NCBI GenBank assembly: GCA_964016885.1
Contig: OZ024742.1
Coordinates: forward strand, 86,614,001-86,678,000
Direction of reading: 5' to 3'
Origin: Eledone cirrhosa
Taxonomy: Eukaryota
DNA length: 64,000 bases
Shown here in pieces: positions 11,873 to 24,949 of the stretch. Position 1 is the stretch's first letter, and every line of letters begins with the position of its first letter. A model generated the notes under the pieces. It saw nothing but the letters and a program-made list of their open reading frames with translations. It had not been told where the DNA came from and did no database searches. Both the position numbers and the translations under genes were made by a program.

Positions 11873-12418
11873 ACAGAGGAGATGTTGGCAGTGGTGATGA
11901 TTGGACTGCTGGGGCAGGGAAAGGAAGAGGCGTTTCCTGGTGTGAGACAGTGGCTACTGGGAGGTCAATAGTTTCATTTAGTAGATCGGCCATTGTTGTT
12001 GAATCAAGGAGTGGTTCACACTGTTGTTGTTGTTGTCGTTGTTGTTGTTGCTGTTGTTGTTGCCGTTGCTGCTGTTTCTGTTGCTGCTGTTGTTGTTGTA
12101 GCTGTTGTTGTTGTTGCCGTCACCGCTGCTGTTGCTGTTGTTACTGCTGTTGCTGCTGCTGGACAGCATCCGACGAAAAACACTCCGTAGTTTATCCAAA
12201 TGTTTATTGATTAATTTAAAAGCAACTTCGATTTGCTTTAATTTATTTTGAATCTGTTGTTCAGATCGGGTTTTCAAAAGGTGAACTGTACGTTTAGCAA
12301 TTTCGTTCAAACATGATGCATCTATGTCTTCTGTTTGAGTAAAGCAATGCCATGTGTTTATTAGAATGTCGATTTCATTATCAGACCAGTTCTGTTTGGA
12401 TTTTTGCTGGTTAGCCAT
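11140..12418 (-). pseudogene. LINE ORF1 with Myb/SANT-like N-terminus, polyQ, polyT and two CCCH zinc fingers
   Basis: MANQQKSKQNWSDNEIDILINTW...RSEQQIQNKLK. The CAG/CAA tract is in frame with MADLLNET. Fingers are CRYSLRYRICSDSGCKFTH and a frameshifted CRFSLRDRLCLH/DCPFTH. Confidence 0.7.
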
Positions 12419-12519
12419 TCTAGTTTTGAGTGTGTGTGTTTTAGTTAAGTATTTCAATATATATATATATATTTTTTTTTTATCTTCCCCACGGAGTCAA
12501 CAAAAGAAAGAACCATCGT

Positions 12520-12815
12520 TGCTCATTTGTTCAACACTGACAAAGGAACGCTGTACTAGTTTCAAGCTTATTAGCTATCGTCTGCAAAGGATTAAATCGG
12601 GATGTTTGTTTACAAACACACCGAGATTTATAATAAATGTTCGGTGAATCCATACGTACGTATATATATATATATATATATGTGTGCATGTATGTATATA
12701 TATACATACTACTGTACGTCTGTATACATATATGTATGTACGTATACATACTTATATTTAAGTAACAGCCGTACTAAGAGTGAGAAATGACATTTTGTTT
12801 AATTTTTTTCCGTTT
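12520..12815. repeat. Family C pLTR fragments with an inversion junction; hammerhead relic 12548-12587 (-)
   Basis: 12520-12587 matches 6345-6405. 12600-12815 is the reverse complement of 6045-6297. Confidence 0.75.
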
Positions 12816-13069
12816 ATACCTATACCATTTTAACTTTTAAAACAGGAAGATTCTCGACATGGATGACATGAAGAAATGGAAATCGAGACTAGGGTTTACT
12901 ACCCTGTAAAACAAAGGCTATCAGCTATACATGGAAGATAAAATCTACATATGAATAATATACTTATACATTCAAACACACACACGTATTTATATATACT
13001 TACACATTCAAACACACATATATATTCATATATGATCTACCTATTTGTTAAATCGTACAATGTTAAATG

Positions 13070-13221
<152 letters not shown>

Positions 13222-13499
13222 TGTGTGTTTGTGTGTTATGGTATGGTCGCGTAACTCATGATAGACTCTTATGTGCGCCGTATAAATATATACACTTAAT
13301 AATTAATAATTCGTATACGAAGATTTAGAATGTTTTCATCAGGCAACACATTGTGCATACTTGCAAAATATGGTTCATTACTTACATTTTCAGGCAGAAG
13401 TGTATGCAAATATTGTTTCATTCGAATTTGCAATATATCTCTTGAAAAAAATAAAGAAAATTGATTAATTATAGTATATTGTCAAAACTTCTATGAAGT

Positions 13500-14600
13500 T
13501 TTCTTTGCAAATATTGATGCATGTTCATATGACTATTTCTTAGATGTATTTTATTATTATATAAATTCATATACGCACACAGCTAAGGGATGGCAAACCT
13601 TTATATGTAGAAACCCCACTGGGACTTTTATGTGAATGGTTATATACATATTTTAGAAGATAAAGGATGAAGCTCTTGCATCAATGGGGTTTCTTCACTG
13701 AAGCCTTGTGGTATGCACCTCTGCTGTTTTCTTCTTACCACATTTATCTGAGTTTTCATTTTATGATGATAAAGCGGACACTGGAATATGTATGGATTAT
13801 GTTGAGTGAGATAAAAGTGAACAGTGAAATAATCTGTGAAAAGTAACAGGAATATACGTATAAAATTAATATAACCATGGTAATACATTTGATATCAATA
13901 TTAGTATGTTGGATCAATATTAGACAGGAGGAGTGTACAGAAAGTGATATGGTAATTGTATGTAAATGAATCTGCCACATGTGAGTCTATGATAAATATC
14001 AAAACATTGTGTAAAAGTACGAAAACTGTAAACAATGTTAAGGTCATGTCTGAATTTCGAAACAATCGCTGCATAAAACTATCGTCCACCAGACCCACAC
14101 ATATATTCTACCAATTGTGCCATTGATGAACTCGGGTATACCTTCTGATTTATATACTTAAAGATATTATAAGCCTGTAATTCACTCAAACCACATCATA
14201 TTTTAAACATGCTCACCAATGTTATGTTAAATTAATCTCTATTAACAAATCATGCACAACTTTTAAAATGCACAACTCCTAATATATCACTCAAAAGGTG
14301 TTTAGCATACTATTATATTAATAGAATGCTCTGAACTTTCAGTTGCAACAACATGTTTATATTATCCACTTCTTTCCTTCCACTTAGTTTGAGATGGCCA
14401 AATAGATTGACCATAGGTCAATTTGTTCAATATGATTATATGACTCAATATATTGCAATAAGCAGATTTAAAATAAATTGGGTTTAATAGGCAGACGAAA
14501 ATTCACGTATTTCTCAAATTATTTTCTAGGTAAATTGCTTTCATACCGGATTTGTAACCCACCGTTCTGTCAATTCCATACTTACATTGTTGTTGAAAAG
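13500..14600 (-). pseudogene. Possible very old non-LTR (R4-like) RT relic
   Basis: Only faint motif echoes in the expected order (NFRLP ~ NYRPI, LFRNSD ~ IFQGD, IHLHT ~ HLLYMD). Confidence 0.25.
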
Positions 14601-14657
14601 TCGGGGTTAACCACAAAAAATAAGGTACTCAATACATTAGTAGAGTGAAATCAGCAG

Positions 14658-14721
<64 letters not shown>

Positions 14722-14862
14722 ATACTTTTGGAGGGTCATGTTGCCAATAAGAAACACACGCACCAGGTGCTTTCACTCCAATTTATTATAAATGATGTAA
14801 ATTTAAAAATTTATAAATTCTGGGTTGGTTGGTTGGTTCTACAACCGGACGCTTCATATATT

Positions 14863-14905
14863 GTCAAAGCTCTTTCGTCACACATTATGTCACCTCTTCA
14901 GTGAC
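14863..14905 (-). ncRNA. Degenerate minimal hammerhead (family E) within a pLTR-like remnant (about 14720-15430)
   Basis: GTCA-CTGAAGA-GGTGACATAATGTGTGAC-GAAA-GAGC-TT-TGAC. Stem I and core intact; stem II imperfect. Confidence 0.6.
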
Positions 14906-15439
14906 TGGATATTATTTTCTTTGTTTTGTGCCGCTCCTTTGTTCTGTCCTACGCCATCTTATTGTTGACAACTTATTAACCTGTAATTGTAAGATAGCAT
15001 GTGCGGAATACGCTTTACTAAATATTTTTAGCAGCTGTGTTTGACCCCTGAAAAGTTCGCTTTATATTTTGTCACTACCCACTTCTACAATTTATTATTT
15101 AGTAATTTTCCTTTCTCAACTTATTAACCTTTTCTATAGCTTTGGCCGTACAAGTAACACCTACAGGACCATACTGTTTTTGTTTTTTTTATTCAATTTC
15201 CACTATCTAATTTTATATATTTTTTTATATTTCTTTCTATTATTTTCTATTGTCTCCTACTCTCATTCGAAATACCTATTCTATAACTTCCTTGCTCCAT
15301 TTTCTCCAGAACAATTTTACGACTTTTCATACACTATCCTTAGAATCTGCTGTATACATGTCACTTTGAACGCTTGAACGGCTCCACTCACTCCCTCATT
15401 GTTCTACAGGCAAGTTCAGCCACCCCTACCTCCCACCTA

Positions 15440-15976
15440 ATGCCATGATAGACTTATTTGTGTTTACAACAAATTTTGACGAAACCTCTTGACAACTACA
15501 ATCTTCCCATATAAGGAAGTGTCCCTTGTCAAGTTCGGCTATTTATTCACCAGGCTAAACATTCTAATTTACTCCTGAAATAGCCGTCGAAACGGCTTGA
15601 GCTCTGCCGTCAGGGTCATACTTGTTCTTATTACCCACTCTACTACCCTAATTACTGAGTACTCCGGTGCGTTATGGTCCATCTGGTTCCATACCACAAT
15701 TCCTTCTATGCCATGATAGACTTATTTGTGTTTTCAACAACATTTGACGAATCGTCTTGACAACTACACTCTTCCCATATAAGGAAGTGACCCTTGACAA
15801 GTTCGGCTATTTATTCACCGGGCTAAAAATTCTAATTTACTCCTGAAATAGCCGTCGAAACGGCTTGAGGTCTGACGTCGGTGTCATACTTTTTCCTACT
15901 ACCCACTCTACTACCCTAAGTATTGAGTACTCTGGTGCGTTATGGTCCGTCTGGTTCCTTACCACAATTCCTTCGT
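15440..15976 (+). repeat. Tandem dimer of a 268-bp non-coding unit, probably a PLE pLTR
   Basis: Units start at 15440 and 15708. The same family occurs at 29712-30060. Conserved hairpin AGCCGT-CGAA-ACGGCT. Confidence 0.85.
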
Positions 15977-17597
15977 TATATATATATATTTATATATTTA
16001 TATATTAGAAAGTGAGGTTTTTTTTACAAAATGAAAAAAGTATGAGGAAAAAAGATGAAATCTAAAATGCAACTGGAGTCTTATTTAAAAATATATATAT
16101 ATATTTATTTCGTTCCTTTACCGGTTTTGCAGTTCTTCTGCTTTTCAAAAGTAGAGTTGAGATGGAGGGAGGGTCTGTTGTTTTTCGCACATCTGGTTGG
16201 TCTTTGAATGTTACTTGAATTATATGGAAAACAGTGGCTCGAAACGCCAGGTTTTTAGAGGAGTAATTTGATTGGTTGGTGAATAAGTATAATAGATTTC
16301 GCGCCTGTTGGCGTTACAAAGTTCTTCAAACAAAAGTTGTTTTTTCATATATGAGTGAACATTTGGTTGGTTGATGCAGTGACGTGAATAAGCACATCAG
16401 CTTTCGTACCAGTGTGTTTGAATTTCTTTTTACTTAAGAAAAGTGGCTCATGAAGGCTTTCTTTTTATAAATGTAACTTGATTGGTTATAAATGAAATTA
16501 TGACTGTCACGTGAACAAGTTCATTAAATTTCCCGCCCGTATTTGGGACTTTATTTTGTAGTCTTTTAGAGAATTTTTTGACAAACAAAAGATAATGGTC
16601 AAGAGAAATGGGATGCGAGAATTGTTCTGGTTCAGTGAATATGACAGTTTGGTTGAGGTGTCAGAATTCAGTCTTTCTATTGAAATAAAGAAAGTAGAGA
16701 TATGTATAATTTTTTTTGTGCTCGTGTGTGTGTATGTGTGTGTGGGTGTGTGTGGGTGTGTGTGTGTAGGAAGATGATTCTATTCGTAGAAATGGGGGAG
16801 GGAGTTGTGTGTGTGTGTATAGGTGTAATGTGTGTGTGTGTGTATATATGTGTGGGAGTATGTTAAGATGGAGAGAATATATATATTTTGTGTGTGTGTA
16901 TGTATGTAGGAAAGTGATTCCATTAGTAGAAATGGGGGAGCGAGTGTGTCTTGGGGGTGGGTTATGTGTGTGAGTATGGGTGTTGTGTGTGTGTGGGAGT
17001 ATGGTTAGCTTGTTAAGGTGAAGAGAATATATATATTTTGTGTGTGTAGGAAAATGATTCCGTTAGTAGGAATAGGGGAGGTAGTTATGTGTGTGTGGGG
17101 GTGTGTGGTTAGCATGTTATGGTTTTGACATAATGTATATTAAACTATATTTAATGCTGGTCTATATTTTTGAATGAACATGTTTTCCTTATTTTTTCGT
17201 ATGTGTTCTGTTGTATTGTCAGCGCAAACGTATGTTAAGGTTTATTTAGTTCTGGTTTTCTGGCGCGAAATTTATTATACCTATTCTCCAACCAATCAAA
17301 TTACTTCTCAAACAACCTGGCGTTTCGAGCCACTTTTTTCCATATAAAACACGAAACATTCAAACACCAACCAGATGTGAGAAAAACCACAGACCCTCCA
17401 TCTTAACTCTATGTCTGAAAGCATAAGAACTGCGAAACCGGTAAAGGAACGAAATAAATATATATTTAAAAAAAAATAAGACTCCAGTTGCATTTTCGAT
17501 GTCATCTTTTTTCATCATACTTTCACTCATGTAGGACACCTCGGTTATTTTTCATTTTGTAAAAAGATCTTACTTTCTAATACATACACACCACTTG

Positions 17598-20500
17598 ATG
17601 ACCGAAAATGCCACCAAAGTTTCAACAAAACAACAACTCACTGAAGCAGGACATCTTAAATGAACTCAAAGAGTTTTCCTCTAAACTTTCAATGTTTACC
17701 AACAAAGTGGACAAAAATACATATCTATAAAAAGGATCCCACGAAGAAACAGAAAATACAGAAACAGTAAAACAGCAATGCTCTAAATGCTGGAACAACC
17801 ATTAGAACCCAATATACGAGATGTCCACACAGTGAAAAACACCCTAATCAATATATGGCCTCAAACGCTCACAGCCCGCAAATTCGCGCTTTGGAATCTC
17901 CTAAAAAATAATGTCACCTTTAGGCTATGGCCAGCCACACAAACCTGTAACAGATCTTGAACAAGCAATGCCTGTGCTTTGAAGGTCTTTTTAAGTGGGG
18001 AAAGGCCTTACATATATATACCATATATGAAAAGTGGCTAAACTCTACCCCAATCATTCTCCCAAAAAAACTCCAAATAAAACCCATCACGAATGAAACA
18101 GAAAACCAGCAAATTCTTAGTGAAAAGATGGCGTTCGAAACATTTAAAATAGAAATAGAACTGTTGCGGTTAAGAGCCAACTCCAACGAAGAAATATTCC
18201 AGTCACTCGACCAACATATGGAAACAGAAATCTCAAGGCAATCTGAAGGCCTACTCTATGAAAAAACCTTAAAACTTTGGAAAGAAAATTGTGAGGATGA
18301 AGAACTAACATCCCTCCAGCGATGGGAAAAAAACGCCATCTGGTTCAACAACTACGAAATCGATTTCCAAGATGAACAACATACAGGTAACCCATTTTTA
18401 AAACAAACTAAAACTCACACACCACACGCACAACAAATAACAAAAAAAGTAACAAAACGTCCAATATACCACCAGTAAAACTTTGACGATAATCCCAGAA
18501 CGCATAGAGAAAACTATAACCCTACTAACAAAAACCGAAGATCCTCCAACACAAGACAGGACCCGATCTGCAGATCACAACACACACAAAACCTATTCTA
18601 AAAACGTAGACCCCAACCCACACAGAACATGTTCCACAATCGTAGATCCCAACTCACCGAAAGGAACACAATCTATAACCCGGACTATCAACAAACCGAA
18701 CCTCAATACGTCCGAAACTTCTATACAAGACCACACAGCAACATTAGATATAATAATACCCTTGAAAAAATATTCCAGAAAAATCATTTTTTAGACCAAG
18801 GCTACATGATCCAAGACACCCGGTGGCACAAACCGATTTTGAAAAACCGAAAATAATAAACCTTTCAAATACAAACCTCTCAGCCCAACAAGTTAAAATT
18901 CTCTCCAAAGGACTGAAATTCACACCAGCACCACAATAGCTCAATGAGATAAATGACGATAGCACACATTTCTGTAGAAAATTACGTCTCACAGACGAAT
19001 TATTTTGATAAGGCGAATAACGACCAATCAATTGTACGGAATAAAAGCAGTTACAACACAACAAAAGGTAGAAACATAGTTCTGGACAAATTTTGTGACC
19101 ACATAGCTATTTTCCCATACCATGAACCCAAACCCAACACGTGTCAAAGGGAATGGGAGATTATCCACGAACTAAAAAGCAATACGGACATTATAATTAA
19201 GGAAGCGGACAAGGGAAGTACAGTCGTAATTATGGATGCTGAAAAATATAAAAATTCTATGTTCTCTTAGAAAATACTAATTACTATGAAAGAGTAAAAA
19301 ACTACCAGCAATCAAAAACGATGACCAGATTAAACACACTGATTTGTCGATACCAGGAAGGCTTAACTAAAGAGGAACGCGATTATTTAACACATTTTGT
19401 TTACAAAACCAGCAACCTTTCCGGACTTCCGAAGATCCACAAGTATAAAATAATTAACGATGCCTGTAAACAATCCACCTCAACCTGCGTGAACACACAA
19501 TGCCCCACATACATTAAATTAAGACCAATTGTAGCGGGCCCACAGTGTGAAACACAGAGACCAAGCAACTTTTTAGACATACTACAAAAACCAATTCTCA
19601 AACACATAGAAAGCCTTGTAAGATACGTCCTGGACCTCTTAAACAACCTCCCCAAACATGTCAACAACGACACTATTATTGTGTCTTTCGATGTAGTGAA
19701 TCTCTACAGAACTATCCCACACCAATACGGACAAGAAGCAATACGATTCTGGGTATAGGAATATCCCAATGAGATACCTGGCTGAATAGAAAAAAGGTTC
19801 ATCACCGTGGGATTAAAATTTATCTAACAGAACAACTTTTTTGATTTCGATAGCAGTACATACAGGCAAATATCGGGTCTGCGATGGGTACAAAAGCCGC
19901 TCCAACTTATGCGAACTTAATCATGGCATACTTAGAAGTCCGGATATATGAACAGTCCAAATCAAAATACGGATTGAACTTCCATAAATGTTTATCAGAG
20001 AATTGGAAACGCTGCTTGGATGATTGTCTCATTCTTCGGTCCCACACACTCGACCAACTGAATGATTTCAACATTTTAATTAACGGCATCAATAACCACA
20101 TCCAATTCACAATGGAATACAGCCAAGATCAACTCCCATTTCTGGACATCTGAATCTTAAAAAAAAGACACAAATATTGAAACTGACATACACTACAAAC
20201 CAACAGATTCCAAACAATACCTGCTATTCAGCTCCAACCATCCTAAGCACACGAATACGAACATTCATTTAACCTCGCAAGAAGAATATGCACAATTGTC
20301 TCCAATTATGAAATGGGAAATAAAAGACTTCAAGAATTAAGGAAATTCTACTAGAAAAAAAGTACCCACCATTACTAATAAATAATTGAAGCGAAAGGCC
20401 TAAAGCAATAGGCATTGATTTATTACGAAAACACAAACAAATTCAAGGTACGTCCAATATTCTCAACACACAACCCAACAAATGCGGAAGCTTACAACAC

Positions 20501-21053
20501 TATTCACAAGAATATTCCACTATTGAAACAAGACCCAAGAATAAAAAAAGCCCTTGAAACACACAAAATAATCAAAAGCAAAAGAAAAACCGGAATCACT
20601 AAAAGCATTACTCACCAATGCCAAATTACCTACCACAAACCCACAACCAACTATAAAAAAATGTGGTCGCTTTAACTGTGGAACCTGCACTCACCTCATT
20701 GAAGGCAATACTATACATTTCGATCAGGACAAAATGTTGCTGTAAAAGATCACCTCACTTGCTCATAAAAAAATCTGTTTTATGCCATTAAATGTAAAGG
20801 GTGCAATGAAGATTATATAGTACAAACTAAATTCACACTCAGAAACAGAATGACAGTCCATCGCCAACAATTACGAGATCCAACCACGAGACAGATACCA
20901 CTAAGTGCACATTTAGACATATGCGCAAGTAATAAGACACCCAAATTCCAAGTTTCCCATTTTACCTTTCCGCTGCAATACAACAGAACAAATACGAATA
21001 AATAAGGAAAATATGTTTATTCAAAAATATAGACCAGCTTTAAATATAGTTTA
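17598..21053 (+). pseudogene. PLE RT + C-terminal GIY-YIG endonuclease, many stops/frameshifts
   Basis: LSKGLKFTP, IIKEADKGS, GLPKIHK, RPIVAG, SFDVVNLY, MGTKAAPTYAN, CLDD, LPFLDI, YKPTD; Cys linker KCGRFNCGTC; C..C...YI.QT...LRNRM..H. Confidence 0.92.
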
Positions 21054-21574
21054 ATATACATTATGTCAACACCATAACATGTTTACCATCCAAAAAGACA
21101 CATACATACACACACACATAACACCTTCTAATTTAGAAAATAAAAACCAGAACTAAATAAACCTTAACATACGTTAATACTCTAACACCTTAACATGCTA
21201 AACCCAATACACCTCATTCCTACTAACGGAATCATTTTCCTACACACACAGACAAAATATATATTCTCTTCATCTTAACATACTAACCATACTCCCACAC
21301 ACTCATACACACAAAACTCCCTCTCCCATTTCTACTAATAGAATCATCTTCCTACACACACACCCACACACACATACACACGCACACATACAAGCACACA
21401 AATAAATATACATATCTCTACTTTCTTTATTTCAATAGAAAATCTGAATTCTGACACCCCAGCCCACCAGCAATATTCACTGAACCAGAACAATTCTCCC
21501 CACCCCATTTCTCTTGACCATTATCTTGTGTTTGTCATAACATTCTCTAAAAGGCTAAAAAATTAATTCCCAAA

Positions 21575-21970
21575 TACGGGCGGGAAATTTAATGAACTTG
21601 TTCACGTGACAGTCATAATTTCATTTATAACCAATCAAAATACATTTATAAAAAAAAGCCTTCGTGGGCCACTTTTTTTAAATTAAAAAGAAATTCAAAC
21701 AAACTGGCGCGAAAGCTGATGTGCGTATTCACGTGACGGTATCAAACCAAAGGGCACGAAAGCTGATGTGCTTATTCACGTGATGCATCAAAACAAACTG
21801 GCGCGAAAGATGATGTGCTTATTCACGTGACTGCATCAACCAACCAAACTTCACTCATATTTGAAAAAAACAATCTGAGCATCCCCCCCCCCCCACCCCG
21901 CCCCATTTTTTGAAGAACTTTGTAACGCGAACAGGCGCGAAATTTATTATACTTATTCACCAACCAATCA
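21575..21970 (+). promoter_or_regulatory. Putative pLTR promoter: clustered E2F-like, E-box and CCAAT motifs
   Basis: GGCG(C/G)GAAA at 21579, 21706, 21800 and 21934. TCACGTGA four times. CCAAT at 21631 and 21964. A three-fold repeat of about 47 bp spans 21701-21840. Confidence 0.45.
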
Positions 21971-22082
21971 AATTACTTCTCTAAAAACCTGGCGTTTCGA
22001 GCCAATTTTTCCATATAAAACAAGTAACGGTCAAAGATCAAACAGATTTGCGAAAAACCACAGACCCTCCATCTCAACTCTA

Positions 22083-22118
22083 CTTTTGAAAAGCAGAAGA
22101 ACTGCGAAACCGGTAAAG
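22083..22118 (+). ncRNA. Minimal hammerhead variant with U3-A8 core (family D)
   Basis: CTT-TTGAAAA-GCAG-AAGAA-CTGC-GAAA-CCGG-TA-AAG. Mutated copies at 7579-7614 (+), 16116-16151 (-) and 17412-17446 (+). Confidence 0.78.
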
Positions 22119-22186
22119 GAACCAAATAAATATATATATATTTTTTTAAATAAGACTCCAGTTGCATTTTCGATATCATCTTTTTT

Positions 22187-22268
<82 letters not shown>

Positions 22269-22312
22269 GAAGAATAAAATGGTCAACAGTACAAACAAGG
22301 AGATGTAGGTAC

Positions 22313-22419
22313 AGTCTAACAATTGTTTCCATGATATAGTTGTCTATAAATTGCTACACACTGGAGACAGCATAATTCAATTTAAAATACATATAACCTC
22401 AATCATTTCATCAGAAACT
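22313..22419 (-). ncRNA. Hammerhead with long stem II (family F)
   Basis: AGTTT-CTGATGA-[about 78 nt]-GAAA-CAATTG-TT-AGACT. Palindromic ACAATTGT, GUU site. Confidence 0.72.
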
Positions 22420-23829
22420 GATAAGAAATACAAAATACATGTGTAACTGTAAACTTGAAAACTCAAATTACTACATCAATAATAGTATTAATGATAATTA
22501 AATAAAGGAAGGGGCACAGACGGAAATGAGAGAGAAAGAAAGAAAACGACGAAAGAAGGAACGAATATATAATTACATTTATAAGCGGCAAAGTTATGAA
22601 ATCAAACTATCACATCAAAATAAATATAATATTAATAATAAAGTTATAGATAGAAAGAAAGAAGCTGGGGATATAGCACAGGCAAAGAAGAAGGATGAGT
22701 AAGGAAGATGAGAAAGAAATAGAGGAAGATTAAGAGGGTGGAGGAAGCAGAGAGGGATAAAAATTAATGATTGAATACGATATATTAAAGAAAGGGAAAA
22801 TAAAATAAACAGATGGACGAATATACATTACTAGGTAAAATAGCTAGTTTGTGATGTATTACATGATAGGATAAAATGATCGAGATAAAATATGTTTAAG
22901 TGTAAAATGCAAAGACAAATGGTGAAAGATGTAAATATATAAGATAATACATTATGTAAATACAAATAAAATAAAAATGATGTAAATAAAAATGTAAATA
23001 CAAATGTTCTGAGGTTATTCTTTCGTAATTATAAAGTTCGTGATAATTTGATACCGTAATAGGTGATAAAGGTATAAAGGGGAATAAGGAGTAGAAAATT
23101 GAGTTAAGTTGGTCTAAAGTTCAGGAATGTCGTTGCCGATTTATGCCGGCAAAATATATTTCGTTCAATTCTGCTGTTAAGAAGGGTTTTACTAAAATTA
23201 AGAATTTGGAAGAGCTCCATATTACAGAGTCTACAATGGGACATACCAGTTTGATAGGCCTTAGCAGGTGAAAGTATTTTCCAACTGATCTCGTATTCAA
23301 TGCCTGCATCCCTGAGTTGCCATATATTGTTGGCAAGAGTTGTTGTATGTGATTGTTCTTAGTAATCATAGAATGTATGTGCACGTACCACCGTTTTTTT
23401 AAAGACAGCAGCTGTGGAACCAATGTAATACCATGCCAAGCTACCTGAGTTGATAGTACACACTTATACTACATTTTTTCCAGACATCTGTTTAATAGAG
23501 GAAACTTGTCAGGTAAGTGGCTGTTGCATAGAAATGCTTTCCTATGCGCCGGTTCTACTATATGATTTCGAAGATTGTTATATAAGGGTTGCGAATTAGG
23601 TTTGTTGGTGTATTGTGATGATGTGTTCTAGCGTGTATTCGGTTGCAATGATGAAATATGTTTATGTTCCGTATTTGGTGATATGGAACTTACACACGGG
23701 CTACTTGGATTATGAATTCTTATGTAGTTAATTTTGTAAATGTGCGATTCTATGTTGTTGGCAGTGGATTATGATAGTTTTATAGTTTTTCTAAGTTTAT
23801 CGTTACGCATGTATTTTGTATTTCTTAAT

Positions 23830-23936
23830 AATTTCTGATGAAAGGATTGAAGTTATATGTATTTTAAATTGAATTATGCTGTCTCCAGTGTTTAACAATG
23901 TATAGATAACTCTATAATGGAAACAATTGTTAGACT
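23830..23936 (+). ncRNA. Hammerhead family F, inverted-pLTR copy
   Basis: CTGATGA at 23835-23841; GAAACAATTGTT-AGACT at 23920-23936. Confidence 0.68.
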
Positions 23937-24149
23937 CTGAATAAATCTCCTTGTCTGTACTGTTGACCATGTTATTCTTCACTTTTTATTACTCCAAGAT
24001 ATATTTACATAGAAATACAAGTGAACTCATAAACTCGTCACCCAGGTAAACCTCTTGATGAGTGACATTGCACCGTTCGCCTAAACTGTCCATGATGAAT
24101 AGTTTTCACAGACACCTATCGGATTACCTTAAACGATTTATTGTTATCC

Positions 24150-24257
<108 letters not shown>

Positions 24258-24264
24258 TGTGTGT

Positions 24265-24303
<39 letters not shown>

Positions 24304-24398
24304 AATGAAGTAATTCCGTCGGGAAGATCCAGGAAAAAGAGTGCTCTATGTAGGTTACAGAGATTAATAGTTATGTAATAAACAACATAAGATAATTA

Positions 24399-24459
24399 TT
24401 TTTTTTACCAGTGGTTTCTTGAAACCGAACGAAATTTACTTTCAGTCATCAGAATGAAA
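24399..24459 (-). ncRNA. Hammerhead family B copy
   Basis: TTTCATT-CTGATGA-CTGAAAG...GTTTCAA-GAAA-CCACTGG-TA. The 3' strand of stem I has decayed to polyA. Confidence 0.62.
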
Positions 24460-24949
24460 AAATCCTGGTGTATGTATTGACTGGATTTTAAAAACAAAAA
24501 TATCATCTATATGAAAGTGAGGCTGGGAAAGGAAGAAGGAAAGGAAACAGAATAAATATGAAAGTAGATAAACACACACACAAACACATCCACACACATA
24601 CGCACACACATGCTGATGAACCGAGACTAGACCATTTCTTTCAACAAATTGTTGGTGAAACATATCTTTGGATTTGTATGTGTGTTATATAGTTATAGAG
24701 GTATTTATTTACGCTTTAATTTATATTTTTAATTATCGTGTCTATAGTCTGCCTTTCATAGGTTATAGATTCCATACACTGGTGCTTTTCTCCCTGTATT
24801 ATTGATGACGCACTATATATCTCTTCTCCTTGGAGCACATTATTTACAGGGAATAGCGAGGACTTATGCCTCCGTTAATTTATCGTGATATGTATATATA
24901 TATATATATATATAAATATAAAGAATATAAGGGTACATAAAGTGAGTTC

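Larger units (their letters stand above)
8086..12456 (-). mobile_element. Near full-length CR1/L2-group LINE, decayed
   Basis: ORF1 (12418 to about 11140) plus ORF2 APE-RT. Short tandem 3' tail (ATTTCAAAGTT-ATTCAAAGTT). Both ends abut (TA)n. Confidence 0.9.
16003..22190 (+). mobile_element. Full-length Penelope-like element (Neptune-type) with 5' inverted pLTR
   Basis: 16003-17255 is an inverted copy of the 3' end and pLTR. 17260-17590 is a forward partial pLTR, followed by the ORF at about 17600-21053 and the 3' pLTR to 22190. Bounded by (TA)n. Confidence 0.93.
22266..23985 (-). mobile_element. 5'-truncated PLE (GIY-YIG relic) flanked by inverted pLTR ends
   Basis: 22266-22420 and about 23825-23985 are inverted copies. 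A decayed endonuclease lies at about 23130-23520 (CPLLNRCLENVVYKC, EINRQRH-like C-terminus). Confidence 0.8.

Noticed and set aside
11716-12210. Poly-Val/poly-Cys ORF on the + strand
   Set aside because: It is the antisense reading of the LINE ORF1 (ACT)n and (CAA/CAG)n tracts.
21701-21840. Repeat-spacer-like array suggestive of CRISPR
   Set aside because: It is a plain three-fold tandem repeat without unique spacers, in a eukaryotic retroelement context with no cas genes.
24613-24667. CTGATGA-ACC...GGT-GAAA-CATATC hammerhead-like string
   Set aside because: The stem III palindrome is broken and there is no stem I; at best a dead relic.
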